A stretch of 64,000 nt of DNA from an uncultured Ignavibacteriales bacterium (GCA_964520865.1 CAZFOY010000005.1:5737-69736), one strand, 5' to 3'. Counted from the stretch's first letter, positions 36,121-45,628 are shown. The notes: generated by a model from the letters alone, not told the origin. Made by a program: numbers and translations.

Positions 36121-37038
36121 TCATCTGCGGTGATGCGCCCCACCTTCAGATGACGGGTGTGAGTGGCCGCCGCTCTCATGTCGCTGTTGTGCTCTTGGCG
36201 CTTCGGCATGTGATCGGTGAGCTGCTCGCTCGCGGTCGACTCTTTGGTGATACTCGCCTCTTGAGACGAGCACTTTCTTTTTGACCGTTCTCTCGTGGCG
36301 GGCCACGACCTTCTGCTGCTCGGCATGCAAGTTCATCCGTTTATAGTCCCGTTGCCCCATATGCACCGGACGGGTCTCGTTTTTCACGACCGCCACCTTG
36401 TTCGATGTGTGTTGGCGGACAACTCCGAGGTCCGGCTGATGTCCGAAGTCATGCGCTCGGTCCATGTGCGGAGCATCAGGTCTGGATCCGACCCGGTACC
36501 GGCCGATGTTTTCCCGGCCGAAGTCCTTCAACTTGACGACCGTCCAGGCCCGGGAATCATGGTCGGCCCATGGTTCCGACCAGCTCATGCCATCAGGCGG
36601 GATAGGCGCCCACGCGCTATAATCTCCCCAGGTATCCCACTCGACTCGGGCCGGTGACCAGGTGTCGCCCGGGACCCAGAACCATCCTATGCCGTCACGA
36701 TATCCCCATTCCCCGTAATGGTAAACGAGCCATCCGTAAGGTTCATAGGAGACCCAAGCCCAGTCCGGATCGGACCAGGCCCAATGGCCATAGTCGAACG
36801 GCGCCCAGCCGGGCGTTACCCACGGCTGCCAGACTCGTCCGTACGGCTGAACATTGATCCAGTCGCCGTAACCGGACAGATAGGTAACATCGCTTCCATT
36901 GTATTCGGCGCCGGAGTCGACCTGTGCGTCGTTCACGAACCCACTACACCCTGAGAACAGAAAGACAGCCGCTGTGAGCGCCGTGAGGCCCAATAGGAGC
37001 CTTGGCTTGCTCGGTAGAATCTTAATTGCTGCTTTCAT
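36121..37038 (-). CDS. Lipoprotein with Trp/Tyr/Pro-rich repeats and a basic His-rich tail
   Basis: Lipobox-like VFLFSGC. Repeats of the type WQPWVTPGWAPFDYGHWAWSDPDWAWVSYEPYGWLVYHYGEWGY. C-terminus RSHAEAPRAQQRHESGGHSHPSSEGGAHHRR. Confidence 0.7.
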   Translation of the reverse strand: MKAAIKILPSKPRLLLGLTALTAAVFLFSGCSGFVNDAQVDSGAEYNGSDVTYLSGYGDWINVQPYGRVWQPWVTPGWAPFDYGHWAWSDPDWAWVSYEPYGWLVYHYGEWGYRDGIGWFWVPGDTWSPARVEWDTWGDYSAWAPIPPDGMSWSEPWADHDSRAWTVVKLKDFGRENIGRYRVGSRPDAPHMDRAHDFGHQPDLGVVRQHTSNKVAVVKNETRPVHMGQRDYKRMNLHAEQQKVVARHERTVKKKVLVSRGEYHQRVDRERAAHRSHAEAPRAQQRHESGGHSHPSSEGGAHHRR

Positions 37039-37290
37039 TTCTTACCTCGATTCTTTCCATTTCGAGTTGCACCTGTTAAAACAATTTTGAAGGGTCCAAT
37101 GTTGCATTGCAACATAACTCTTTCTTGGCGATGCAATCCGGCGGGACGAGCGATTGAGATTTGCGGAACAAAAGTCGCGCCTCGCAGGTTACCTAAGATG
37201 GTGTAGACAGGCCCATTTTACTCGCCTGACAAAAGTGTATGCCGACAGATCCAAACCGAAAGTAAGCGCTGAATACAGCGCCGTGAATTC

Positions 37291-37905
37291 ATGAGTATCC
37301 TCTGGTCAAAGTTGGCCCTCATAGCCATTACCGTATATTTCCTGGTTCGCCTCGGGCCGCTCTTCGTGAATTGGTACCGAAGATCCGGGGGGGAGATCCT
37401 CGATCATCCGTCGGGACTGTTTCAACATCTCCCGCACGTCGCGATGTTGCTTCATTCGCTACTGGCGCTGTGCGTGATGATAGATCTGAATCCCCTCCCG
37501 TTCCTTCCCGATACGCAACTCACGCAGAAACTGAACGGTCCCGCACCGGAGATGATATCGATAGCCGGTCTACTCTAATATATAGCCGCGAACATCAACC
37601 GATGGCGATCGGTTAGGGAATTGAAGGAGTCGTTCGAAAAGGAGGTGATCATCAAAAGCGATCACCATCTGATTACTTCAGGACCATACCAGTTCTTCCG
37701 TCATCCTATCTACGTCGGGAATATCTTTGCCGAATTAAGCATCGGCGTGACATTGATGTACTGGCCGCTGATCTTGTTTCCCCTGATAATCAGCTTCCCC
37801 CTCTGGCATTTGCGGGTCATGAAAGAGGAACAGATGCTGGTGCGCAACTATCCGGTCGAGTATCGGGACTATATCTGCTGTGTGAAGAGATGGGGCTTCT
37901 TCTAG
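37291..37905 (+). pseudogene. Isoprenylcysteine carboxyl methyltransferase (ICMT/PEMT)-family membrane methyltransferase interrupted by one in-frame TAA (37576-37578)
   Basis: Track ORFs 37291..37578 and 37621..37905 are in the same frame. Read through, the junction is ...ISIAGLL*YIAANINRWRSVRELKESFEKEVIIKSDHHLITSGPYQFFRHPIYVGN..., which is colinear with intact family members. Confidence 0.7.
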
Positions 37906-38855
37906 GGCTTTCCCTGTGTTTTCTGAGCATTGTATGCCTGCCGGAGTATATCCAGCATGCGGAATCCAAGCGTTGAGTCGACACTGAACAACTTCTGCAA
38001 CGTGCTGTCGCTTTGAGGGATCTTTCCTCCCAGGCTGTAGGCAACCCCGAGCGAGACCATTGCCGGATAGAAAGTGCTGTCGACGTCGATCGCCTGCTTG
38101 AATCGCTCGATGGCTTCGGGATACTGCTTCTGTCGGAGATAGACCATCCCGAGTAGTTGAGCGCACTCTTTGTGCTTCGGATTAATCTTCAACGCCGTCT
38201 TGAAGCTCGCTATAGCGCTGTCCATATCTCCGAGATTGCGTTGTACCGTTCCCATGCGATAATAGACATCATCGGTTCGCATCCCCAATTGCGTGGATCT
38301 CCGGAAATAGACAAGGGCCGTGTCGTAGTTTTCGGCCGCGGCATAAGCGTTGGCGAGGCTATACGCGACGGTCGCGTTTTTCGGTTGCTTCAGCACCGCC
38401 CGACTCAGCAGATCGATCGCCTTGCTGGTCCGTCCCACTTTGGAGTATTCCTGGCCGAGATTCGTCATGTACAGGGCGTTGCCGGAGTCATACTTCAAAG
38501 CTTCTTCATAGTACTTGATCGCTTCTCCGGAGTTGCCGGCATCGCTGGCCATGACAGCCAGATTGTTGCATATCTGGGGATCGCTGCTGTCGATCTGGTA
38601 AGCGCGATCAAAATATGCTTTCGCCTGTTTCTGATCCCCGAGGGCGGAGTAGATTACCCCAAGGTTCTTTATGGACAGGAAGTTGTCTTTATCGAGTCGA
38701 AGCGCCGCGAGGAAGGCCGTTCTTGCCGTCTTGTAGTCGTTGTGAATCATCGCCTTCCCCCCCCTGGTCAGGTAGATAGAAACCGAATCCTGGGCGATGG
38801 CTCTGGTGCTGAGACCCACGAAAAGCAGTACTGTAACTAAGATAAATCGGCGCAT
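37902..38855 (-). CDS. Secreted tetratricopeptide-repeat (TPR) protein
   Basis: ATG at 38855 with AGGAG upstream gives MRRFILVTVLLFVGLSTRAIAQ. Multiple 34-aa TPR units follow (AYFDRAYQIDSSDPQICNNLAVMASDAGNSGEAIKYYEEALKYD...). Confidence 0.85.
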   Translation of the reverse strand: MRRFILVTVLLFVGLSTRAIAQDSVSIYLTRGGKAMIHNDYKTARTAFLAALRLDKDNFLSIKNLGVIYSALGDQKQAKAYFDRAYQIDSSDPQICNNLAVMASDAGNSGEAIKYYEEALKYDSGNALYMTNLGQEYSKVGRTSKAIDLLSRAVLKQPKNATVAYSLANAYAAAENYDTALVYFRRSTQLGMRTDDVYYRMGTVQRNLGDMDSAIASFKTALKINPKHKECAQLLGMVYLRQKQYPEAIERFKQAIDVDSTFYPAMVSLGVAYSLGGKIPQSDSTLQKLFSVDSTLGFRMLDILRQAYNAQKTQGKP

Positions 38856-38940
38856 AAATCTCCTATCGGTTATACAGCGACTATAATAACTCTTTCCCGA
38901 ATTCAGGTCAACACTGCCGACAGGCGGCCGAGCCGACCGG

Positions 38941-39492
38941 CTACATTTCGAAATCAACCGGCAGCATATCGTAGAAGTGGAAGACGGAGCAGAAGTTATC
39001 TCCCGGGCCGAACCCTGCCTGCGAGATCAGCTGTATTTTCCCGGTGTCGGATTTGACGAAGGTCGAAACGCCCGGCTGCGGGCCGCCTTTTTCGTTCTCA
39101 AAACCGAGGTCACGGTTAAAACTGCTTCCTTTGGCCGAGTACATCTTGAAATTCCATTTCCGCTGAGCGGCGAATTTCCGCTGCACGGCCGGATCGTCCG
39201 GGCTTACGACGGCAAAGCCGGCCTTCTTCTCGATATGCTTGAAGATGCCGTTGTAACCGTCGGCCCACATCGTACAATAAGGACAGGATTTCCCCATGTT
39301 GTGGACCAGTACCAGATACTTCTTCTTCCCGAACAACTTCGAAAGTTTGACCTTACGTCCGCCCGGGACAAGAAAGGTGTAGTCTTCGATCGGGCGCTTG
39401 AGCGACGTCTTTCGGAGGTCGGCCAGTTCCTTGTTCAGGTTCATGATGCGATGCTCGAGGCGTTCGATTCGTTTTTGATTTTTCGGCGCCAT
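38941..39492 (-). CDS. DUF899-type thioredoxin-like protein
   Basis: N-terminal coiled segment, then DYTFLVPGGRKVKLSKLFGKKKYLVLVHNMGKSCPYCTMWADGYNG, colinear with the DUF899 pattern. Confidence 0.7.
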   Translation of the reverse strand: MAPKNQKRIERLEHRIMNLNKELADLRKTSLKRPIEDYTFLVPGGRKVKLSKLFGKKKYLVLVHNMGKSCPYCTMWADGYNGIFKHIEKKAGFAVVSPDDPAVQRKFAAQRKWNFKMYSAKGSSFNRDLGFENEKGGPQPGVSTFVKSDTGKIQLISQAGFGPGDNFCSVFHFYDMLPVDFEM

Positions 39493-39704
39493 AGCTCTGC
39501 ATGCTCCTTATGGTTAATTGAGTTAAATCTGAATCATTATACGGCCGGTTGGCGGCGGGGTTTGAACCTGGCTGCGGCGAACTGAGGGGCCGTCGGGTCG
39601 TTTCTTCTGCGGAGGACCCTGAAGCCGAAAGTGCAACGGCTCACCTGTCGGCGAACCGATCAGCGTTAAAGTGAAAACTCAAAGACGCTTAAAAGAAGGG
39701 TAAT

Positions 39705-39728
39705 TTCCAATTCTTCCGTGAATTGGAA
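39705..39728 (-). terminator. Intrinsic terminator of rex
   Basis: Minus strand: TTCCAATTC acggaa GAATTGGAA, followed by ATTACCCTTCTTTTAAGCGTCTTTGAGTTTT. Begins 11 nt after the rex stop. Confidence 0.65.
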
Positions 39729-39739
39729 GAGCAGTATAC

Positions 39740-40402
39740 TTATTTCGCTTTCTTTGGTGTATGATTGTTCATCATCGCGAAAGAAAGATACTCGAGCTCC
39801 ATCGACATGTTCTCGTTGCGCAGATAAACGTTCGGGGGAACCCGCAGGTTGATCGGAGCGAAATTCAAAATCGCCTTAACCCCTGCCCGACAGATGTCAT
39901 CGACAATATACTGGGCCACCGTCGCAGGAACGGCCAGGATGACGATCTCGATACCGCAATCACGGATCTCCGTCTCGAGATTGGCGATGTCCGATACCGT
40001 GATCCCTTTGTGATTGGATCCTATCTTCCGCTGATCGTTATCGAACACCTTGATGATGCTGAAGCCCTGCTTGGCAAACTCTTTGTAACTGACGAGCGCC
40101 GATCCAATATTACCAACGCCGATAAGCGCAACCTTCCATTCCCTATTGATGCCGAGGATATCGGCGATCTTCTGCTTGAGTTCGGCTACGTTGTATCCCA
40201 GACCGCGCGTTCCGAAGGACCCGAAGAACGAGAGGTCCTTTCTGACCTGGGCCGGAGTGAGTTTCTCCCGCTTGGCCAACTCCTTGGATGACACCGTCTC
40301 GTAGTTTTCCTTTTCAAGCAGCGACAATGTGCGGTAGTACATTGACAACCGATGGATCGTTGACTCTGAGATGCGCTTGGACATACTACTGCTTAAAGGC
40401 AC
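39740..40402 (-). CDS. rex: Redox-sensing transcriptional repressor Rex
   Basis: ISESTIHRLSMYYRTLSLLEKEN...ELAKREKLTPAQVRKDLSFFGSFGTRGLGYNV, Rossmann VALIGVGNIGSAL. The start is either GTG 40402 or ATG 40384. Confidence 0.93.
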   Translation of the reverse strand: MPLSSSMSKRISESTIHRLSMYYRTLSLLEKENYETVSSKELAKREKLTPAQVRKDLSFFGSFGTRGLGYNVAELKQKIADILGINREWKVALIGVGNIGSALVSYKEFAKQGFSIIKVFDNDQRKIGSNHKGITVSDIANLETEIRDCGIEIVILAVPATVAQYIVDDICRAGVKAILNFAPINLRVPPNVYLRNENMSMELEYLSFAMMNNHTPKKAK

Positions 40403-40448
40403 TTTTAGATGAACTCCTTTGCCTGGTTATCGGCAGCTTTTTCTGACA

Positions 40449-40464
40449 TGTGAAATGCTTCACA
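40449..40464. promoter_or_regulatory. Rex operator (ROP box)
   Basis: TGTGAA-ATGC-TTCACA, a perfect match to both conserved half-sites of the Rex operator TGTGAA-N4-TTCACA. It is positioned over the predicted rex transcription start. Confidence 0.75.
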
Positions 40465-40468
40465 AGAA

Positions 40469-40497
40469 ATTATATCTTTTTGTCACAATTCTGTCAA
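40469..40497 (-). promoter_or_regulatory. Consensus sigma70 promoter of rex
   Basis: Minus strand: TTGACA (40497-40492), 17-nt spacer, TATAAT (40474-40469). Confidence 0.75.
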
Positions 40498-40605
40498 GAA
40501 AAATCTCCCCGCAGGCGTCGGAAGCCAATTGTATCCTATTACAATGTAATTCGTTACATGACAGTTATCAGGGCAATAGAGAGCGGATTACTCGCCCAAT
40601 CGAAA

Positions 40606-41760
40606 TCAGGCGACAATTTGGCGAGGAAGTTGCCCGGAAAGTCGGGCAAGAACTTCATAGTTGATGCTGTTGGCCCACCCGGCCAGTTGCTCGGCGGAAA
40701 TTGTCTCGCTGTGACTCTGGCCGATCAGAACGGCCTCCGCTTCGAGGTTCACCTGGTGGATGTCCGTAACATCTATCATTGTGATATCCATACAGATACG
40801 CCCACGCACCGGTGCCCGCTTACCCTGTACCAGAACATAAGCCTGATTGGACAACGCTCTCGAGTAGCCGTCGTAGTAGCCAACCGGCAGAATGCCCAGC
40901 CTGGTGGCCGAAGTTGTCCGGTAGGTGCAGCCGTACCCGATGAAAGCATCCGGCGGTAGCGACTTCAGCTGGGTGATGCGTGCTTTCCAGGCAAGTACCG
41001 GGGTGAAGATGCTGTTCTCTCCACCACGGAGTCGGTACGAGACATAGGTTTCCTTGGATGGCCAGTGACCGTATACGGAGATGCCGGGGCGGACCATTTC
41101 GAAATGCGTCTTCTTGAAAAGAATCGTCGCCGCCGATGAAGCAGTGTGTCGGATGGCCGGCTTGATGCGAAGCGCCTCCAGTTTCTTGACCATCTGCTTG
41201 AACAACTTCAACTGGTGCTCGGCGTACTCATGACTTGTCGTATCTTCGATATTGGCAAAATGCGTGTAGGCGGCATAAGGCTTCTGCAGTGACTCGAACT
41301 TGCGATAGATCTCGGCAAGCGGTGGAAGTTCCTCTTCGCTGAGTCCCTGACGATTGGTACCGGTTTCGAGCTTGAGATGAGTCTTGATCTGACGCCCGTG
41401 CTGGTCGCCAAGCTCTCCCAATTTCTGTAAAAACTCACGGTTGAACACAGCCGGCTCAAGATCATACTCGAACACAGCGTCGGTGTCATCCAGAAGCACC
41501 GGACCGAGTACGAGGATATTCTTCTTCCATCCTGCGGCACGGCACTGGGCGCCTTCTTCGACCGAGTGCACCGTGAGGTATCCGACCGCGTCGTTGTCGG
41601 CAACCATGCGAACGATCTCTTTGAGCCCGTGACCGTAGGCATTTCCTTTGACCGATATTGCGAGAATCTTCCCCGGCGCAAGCGTGGCAAGCGAATGAAT
41701 ATTGCCCGCCAGAGCCGATCGAGACAGCTCTATCCAACTTAGTTTCCTGGATCCTTCCAT
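40606..41760 (-). CDS. alr: Alanine racemase
   Basis: PLP-lysine motif AISVKGNAYGHG and full-length colinearity (..VRPGISVYGHWPS.., ..GYGCTY.., ..VGYYDGYSRALSN.., ..GRICMD..). Confidence 0.93.
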   Translation of the reverse strand: MEGSRKLSWIELSRSALAGNIHSLATLAPGKILAISVKGNAYGHGLKEIVRMVADNDAVGYLTVHSVEEGAQCRAAGWKKNILVLGPVLLDDTDAVFEYDLEPAVFNREFLQKLGELGDQHGRQIKTHLKLETGTNRQGLSEEELPPLAEIYRKFESLQKPYAAYTHFANIEDTTSHEYAEHQLKLFKQMVKKLEALRIKPAIRHTASSAATILFKKTHFEMVRPGISVYGHWPSKETYVSYRLRGGENSIFTPVLAWKARITQLKSLPPDAFIGYGCTYRTTSATRLGILPVGYYDGYSRALSNQAYVLVQGKRAPVRGRICMDITMIDVTDIHQVNLEAEAVLIGQSHSETISAEQLAGWANSINYEVLARLSGQLPRQIVA

Positions 41761-41859
41761 GCTGAACCTATAACGACCGTGGTCCCGACTTCCAACTAAA
41801 AGATTCTTCTGTCTTTATCATCAGCAGTATTATACCCCGGAGCAACCATGAGAGCGGAT

Positions 41860-41887
41860 AAAAAGAAAGCCCGGATTCCGGGCTTTC
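41860..41887 (-). terminator. Intrinsic terminator of the rubrerythrin-like gene
   Basis: Minus strand: GAAAGCCCGG aat CCGGGCTTTC followed by TTTTTAT. Confidence 0.8.
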
Positions 41888-41910
41888 GAATTCATCTATC
41901 GACCTGTCTG

Positions 41911-42396
41911 CTACCTGTACTTCTTGCGCATCTCGTCGATAATCCGCATGTGTCCTTCTTCGAACCCGGAGAGCTGTTCGAACATCTTTCGGCCTTCGGG
42001 CGTATCCACTTTGTCCTTCGCCGCATCGAACAACTCATGCGCTTCTTTTTCCAGTCTGAAAGCGATATCCAGAATAGCCTTCATCGAACCGGCCGAGACC
42101 ACCTCATCGATCAGCTCCCGATGTTGTTCGCTCATTTCTTCGGTAATCTCCGGCAAACCCTCCTGTTTGAGGATGTCGGCGGTGCTGATCCATTTCTCGC
42201 TTCGCACCAGCGAATCGAACTGCCGCTCCAGAATATGAAAGTGATCTTTCTCTTCGAGGGCGAGTTTCTCGAGCACATCCTTATGTTCGGCGGCCTGGTT
42301 CTTGCGCGATGCCTCCCGGTAAAAGACATAACTGGCCACTTCGGACTGGATACCGGCGGTCAGGGCCGACAGGGTATCGGGGTGGACAGGTGACAT
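41911..42396 (-). CDS. Ferritin-like diiron protein (rubrerythrin domain without rubredoxin domain)
   Basis: Paired E...ExxH-type helices: EVASYVFYREAS...EEKDHFHILERQ and ...RLEKEAHELFD...FEEGHMRIIDE. Confidence 0.8.
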   Translation of the reverse strand: MSPVHPDTLSALTAGIQSEVASYVFYREASRKNQAAEHKDVLEKLALEEKDHFHILERQFDSLVRSEKWISTADILKQEGLPEITEEMSEQHRELIDEVVSAGSMKAILDIAFRLEKEAHELFDAAKDKVDTPEGRKMFEQLSGFEEGHMRIIDEMRKKYR

Positions 42397-42597
42397 AGGC
42401 TTGGTTCCTTAAACAGATAAGTTTACTCTTCTTGACTGACGATAAAGTTACAAATTTCACAAAGTTTGTCAAGCGTCTATCGGGGGAATCTGGCCCGAAC
42501 CGACCATGATCCGGTGCAGTTCGAGTGCGCCGCAGGCCGATCCGGCAAGATTTCTCTTGCACCTTTCCTCCCAAAGTTGGTTTATTCGATCAAAGCA

Positions 42598-43287
42598 GTG
42601 AAAGACTCCTTTTCAAAAAACTCGATAGAACTTCACGGGCAGATTCTCGAAGCATGCGAGCTTTACGACCGTGACGCCGATGATATTACGGTCGTGGCCG
42701 TCACCAAAACTCATCCCGCAGGCACAATTCGAACCTCCGTCGCCGCCGGTTATCACAATATCGGCGAGAGTCGAGTCCAGGAGGCTGAGGCAAAAATAGT
42801 CGATGTCGGCCGGATCGCGCGGTTTCATCTGATCGGCCATCTCCAGACCAACAAGGTCAAAAGAGCGGTTGAGCTTTTCGATGTTATTCAGTCGGTCGAT
42901 TCCCTGAAACTGGCCGAAGAGATCGACCGTCGAGCCGCCGAACAGGGTCGGATGATGGAGTGCCTCATCGAGGTAAATTGCTCCGGCGAAAGCCAAAAAT
43001 ACGGCGTGCCGCCGGAGGACTGTCTGGAACTGATCAAACGAGTCAATGACCTCGCGAATATCAACCTGACCGGCTTGATGACGATCGGCCCGCATGTTGA
43101 GGACGAAGAGAAGATCCGGCTTGCCTTTCGCCAGTGCCGAACGCTCTTCGAGCAGGGGGAGAATTTCGTCGGCGACCAGTTCGACACCCTGTCGATGGGG
43201 ATGACCGATGATTTCTCTCTGGCGATTGCCGAAGGCTCGACGATGATCCGGATCGGCTCAGCTCTGTTCGGCCCCCGCGAGAGCTAA
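42598..43287 (+). CDS. yggS: YggS-family pyridoxal-phosphate homeostasis protein
   Basis: ITVVAVTKTHP (PLP lysine), GESRVQEAEAKI, HLIGHLQTNKVK, SMGMTDDF, IRIGSALFG. The GTG at 42598 gives a family-typical length. The track ORF starts at 42466. Confidence 0.88.
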   Translation: MKDSFSKNSIELHGQILEACELYDRDADDITVVAVTKTHPAGTIRTSVAAGYHNIGESRVQEAEAKIVDVGRIARFHLIGHLQTNKVKRAVELFDVIQSVDSLKLAEEIDRRAAEQGRMMECLIEVNCSGESQKYGVPPEDCLELIKRVNDLANINLTGLMTIGPHVEDEEKIRLAFRQCRTLFEQGENFVGDQFDTLSMGMTDDFSLAIAEGSTMIRIGSALFGPRES

Positions 43288-43501
43288 GAGAAGCTGTTTC
43301 TCGGCAACAGCTTGCCGCCTCACCGACAGCCCGTTTAACTCCCGGCCGAAAAACTGATTGTCCCGCTTAATTTTTCCCGTCAACGTACGATAATAGAAGT
43401 AAGGTGTCTCTGAATGAAACTGCTCGATTTTCGAACAGCTTCCGCCGGGACAGCTTCTACCGTAAGCGAAAACAAATAACCTTAAGATAGGTGAGTATGC
43501 T

Positions 43502-44617
43502 ATGGACCTGTCACCGAATGATATCCGCAATTACGAATTCTCGAATCAGATGCGCGGATACGACAAGGAGGAAGTCGACAGCTTCCTCGACCGGATAGCC
43601 GAGGCTCTGGAGAAAGTCAAGCAGGACAATCTGAAACTGTCTATGGATAATGATTCGCTGAAAGCGCAGCTGGCCGGTCTGAGACAGTTCGAAGATAGCA
43701 TCAAGAATGCCGCCATCGACGCCCGGCGCAATGCCGATTCCACGATCGCCGCCGCGAAAAAAGAAGCCGAACAGATGCTCGGCAAAGCGAAGGCGGAATC
43801 GGAGAAACTGCTCGGCAATCACGAGAAGAAAATCCAGGAACTGAAAACCCGTCTGGCCGAGTTGGAAGCGACCAGGAAGTCCTACTTCTCCAAACTTCGC
43901 AACCTGATCAATTCGCACATGCAGATGCTCGACGAATCTTCGATTCCGGATATCAAGAAAGATATCAGCGGGCACGAAGAGTCCTCGGAGCCGAAGATAG
44001 AGCGGAAGAACGTCTACACCCCGCCCGGGGAGAAGGCAACGCCCGGACCGGCTAACGGAGACAATATCGAAGTTACCGAGACGACCGAAGTAACCCGTGG
44101 CGAGATGGAGACGATCGCTTCGAAGCCGCAGCATCAGCCGATCAGAACGGAAGAAGCGAATGCGGCGGGTGATATCGTTCCCGCCGAAGACGAACAGAAT
44201 CCGCCGGCGCCGGTCGCGAAAAAGCCGATCGATCCGGAACTTGCAGCCGCCCTGGCCAACTACAAATCAAAGTCCCAGGGAGAGGTGCAAATGCCGCAGT
44301 CGGAAGCTCCGGTCCCTCGCCAGGGTGAAATTCACGAAACGACTACTCGGGCCGAGGATATCCCGGACGGGTTCGTAACGCCGCATATGGACGGTCCTTC
44401 GGACTCGGAAGAAGAACCGGATACCGGCAAGGTGCAGGTTTCTCCCGACTCTCAGGATACGCCGACCGAACATAACGACATCGACATCGACACTCCGATC
44501 GTGGCCGAAAAAACGAAGAAGAACGACTCCGGCGATAACGGTATCGATATCGCCCAGGAACTCGACAACGTTGTCGCCAAGTTCGAAGAAGAGATGACCA
44601 AGGCGGAAAAAGGCTAA
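43502..44617 (+). CDS. divIVA: DivIVA-domain protein with long acidic, probably disordered C-terminal half
   Basis: MDLSPNDIRNYEFSNQMRGYDKEEVDSFLDRIAEALEKV followed by coiled coil. Confidence 0.9.
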   Translation: MDLSPNDIRNYEFSNQMRGYDKEEVDSFLDRIAEALEKVKQDNLKLSMDNDSLKAQLAGLRQFEDSIKNAAIDARRNADSTIAAAKKEAEQMLGKAKAESEKLLGNHEKKIQELKTRLAELEATRKSYFSKLRNLINSHMQMLDESSIPDIKKDISGHEESSEPKIERKNVYTPPGEKATPGPANGDNIEVTETTEVTRGEMETIASKPQHQPIRTEEANAAGDIVPAEDEQNPPAPVAKKPIDPELAAALANYKSKSQGEVQMPQSEAPVPRQGEIHETTTRAEDIPDGFVTPHMDGPSDSEEEPDTGKVQVSPDSQDTPTEHNDIDIDTPIVAEKTKKNDSGDNGIDIAQELDNVVAKFEEEMTKAEKG

Positions 44618-44639
44618 GAAAATTCCCACCTCATGATAC

Positions 44640-44683
44640 GAAGACCGGCCACCAAGTCCCATCACGGCCGGTCTTCCTTTTTG
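44640..44683 (+). terminator. Intrinsic terminator of divIVA
   Basis: gaagaccggcc (44640-44650), 15-nt loop, ggccggtcttc (44666-44676), then CTTTTTG. Confidence 0.8.
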
Positions 44684-44797
44684 CACACTAATTCTTGACA
44701 TTCCCGGACGGCAGCAGCTTTTTGCTGACAACCCGGTTCACAGTGCTATATTCCACAAAGGAACCTTCAATCACGAACATTAAGCAGGAGCTTGACT

Positions 44798-45628
44798 ATG
44801 CAAACGGTCGCGGAATTTCATAAGATGCTGGACGAAGCGGTGGCTTTCATCAAGAAGCAGGTCAGTTTTGAGCCGAAGATCGGCATCATTCTCGGCACCG
44901 GACTCGGATCGCTGGTCGATGGTATTGAGATGGTCGATACGGTCGGCTACGACAAGATTCCGCACTTTCCCGTATCAACCGTAGAATCACATGCCGGAAG
45001 ACTGCTGTTCGGCAATCTCCGCGGCAAGAAAGTAGTCTGCATGCAAGGACGGTTTCATTTCTACGAAGGCTACTCGTTTCAGCAGATCGCCTTTCCGGTT
45101 CGCGTGATGAAAGCGCTCGGCATGGAGACACTCATCGTGTCCAACGCCGCCGGAGGTATGAATCCGAATTTCCGCCCCGGTGACATCATGCTCATCAAAG
45201 ACCATATCAACTTCTTCCCCGGCAATCCGCTGATCGGCCCGAACGACGACAAATGGGGGGATCGCTTCCCGGATATGTACGAAGTTTACAATCGGAAATA
45301 TATCGACCTGGCCAAGCAGGTAGCACTCGAACAGAAACTCCGTCTTCAGGAAGGGGTTTACGTCGGATTGACCGGACCTTGCCTGGAGACGGCCGCGGAG
45401 TATCGGATGTTCCGTGGGTTCGGAGCAGATGCGGTCGGGATGTCGACCGTTCCCGAGGTTCTGGCGGCGCATCATCAGCACAGCAAGATCCTTGCGTTCT
45501 CGATCATCACCGATATGGGCCTGCCGGACAATATGCATCCTTGTTCGCTGGACGATGTGATCGGGACAGCTTCGCGGACCGAGCCGAAGCTCCGTGACCT
45601 GATCGCCGGGTGCGTGGAGAAGATGTAG
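44798..45628 (+). CDS. punA: Purine nucleoside phosphorylase (trimeric PunA/PNP-I family)
   Basis: GIILGTGLG, HAGRLLFGNLRGKKVVCMQGRFHFYEGY, VGMSTVPEV. AGGAG 9 nt upstream of the ATG at 44798. Confidence 0.92.
   Translation: MQTVAEFHKMLDEAVAFIKKQVSFEPKIGIILGTGLGSLVDGIEMVDTVGYDKIPHFPVSTVESHAGRLLFGNLRGKKVVCMQGRFHFYEGYSFQQIAFPVRVMKALGMETLIVSNAAGGMNPNFRPGDIMLIKDHINFFPGNPLIGPNDDKWGDRFPDMYEVYNRKYIDLAKQVALEQKLRLQEGVYVGLTGPCLETAAEYRMFRGFGADAVGMSTVPEVLAAHHQHSKILAFSIITDMGLPDNMHPCSLDDVIGTASRTEPKLRDLIAGCVEKM

Noticed and set aside
39545-39670. GC-rich spacer between rex and the DUF899 gene containing GGTTCAAACC (T-loop-like). I considered a tRNA fragment/att site or SRP RNA.
   Set aside because: There are no flanking T-stem or acceptor pairings, and the SRP domain IV motif (GGUCCGGAAGGAAGCAGCC-like with a GNAR loop) is absent. 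It is left as unexplained spacer.
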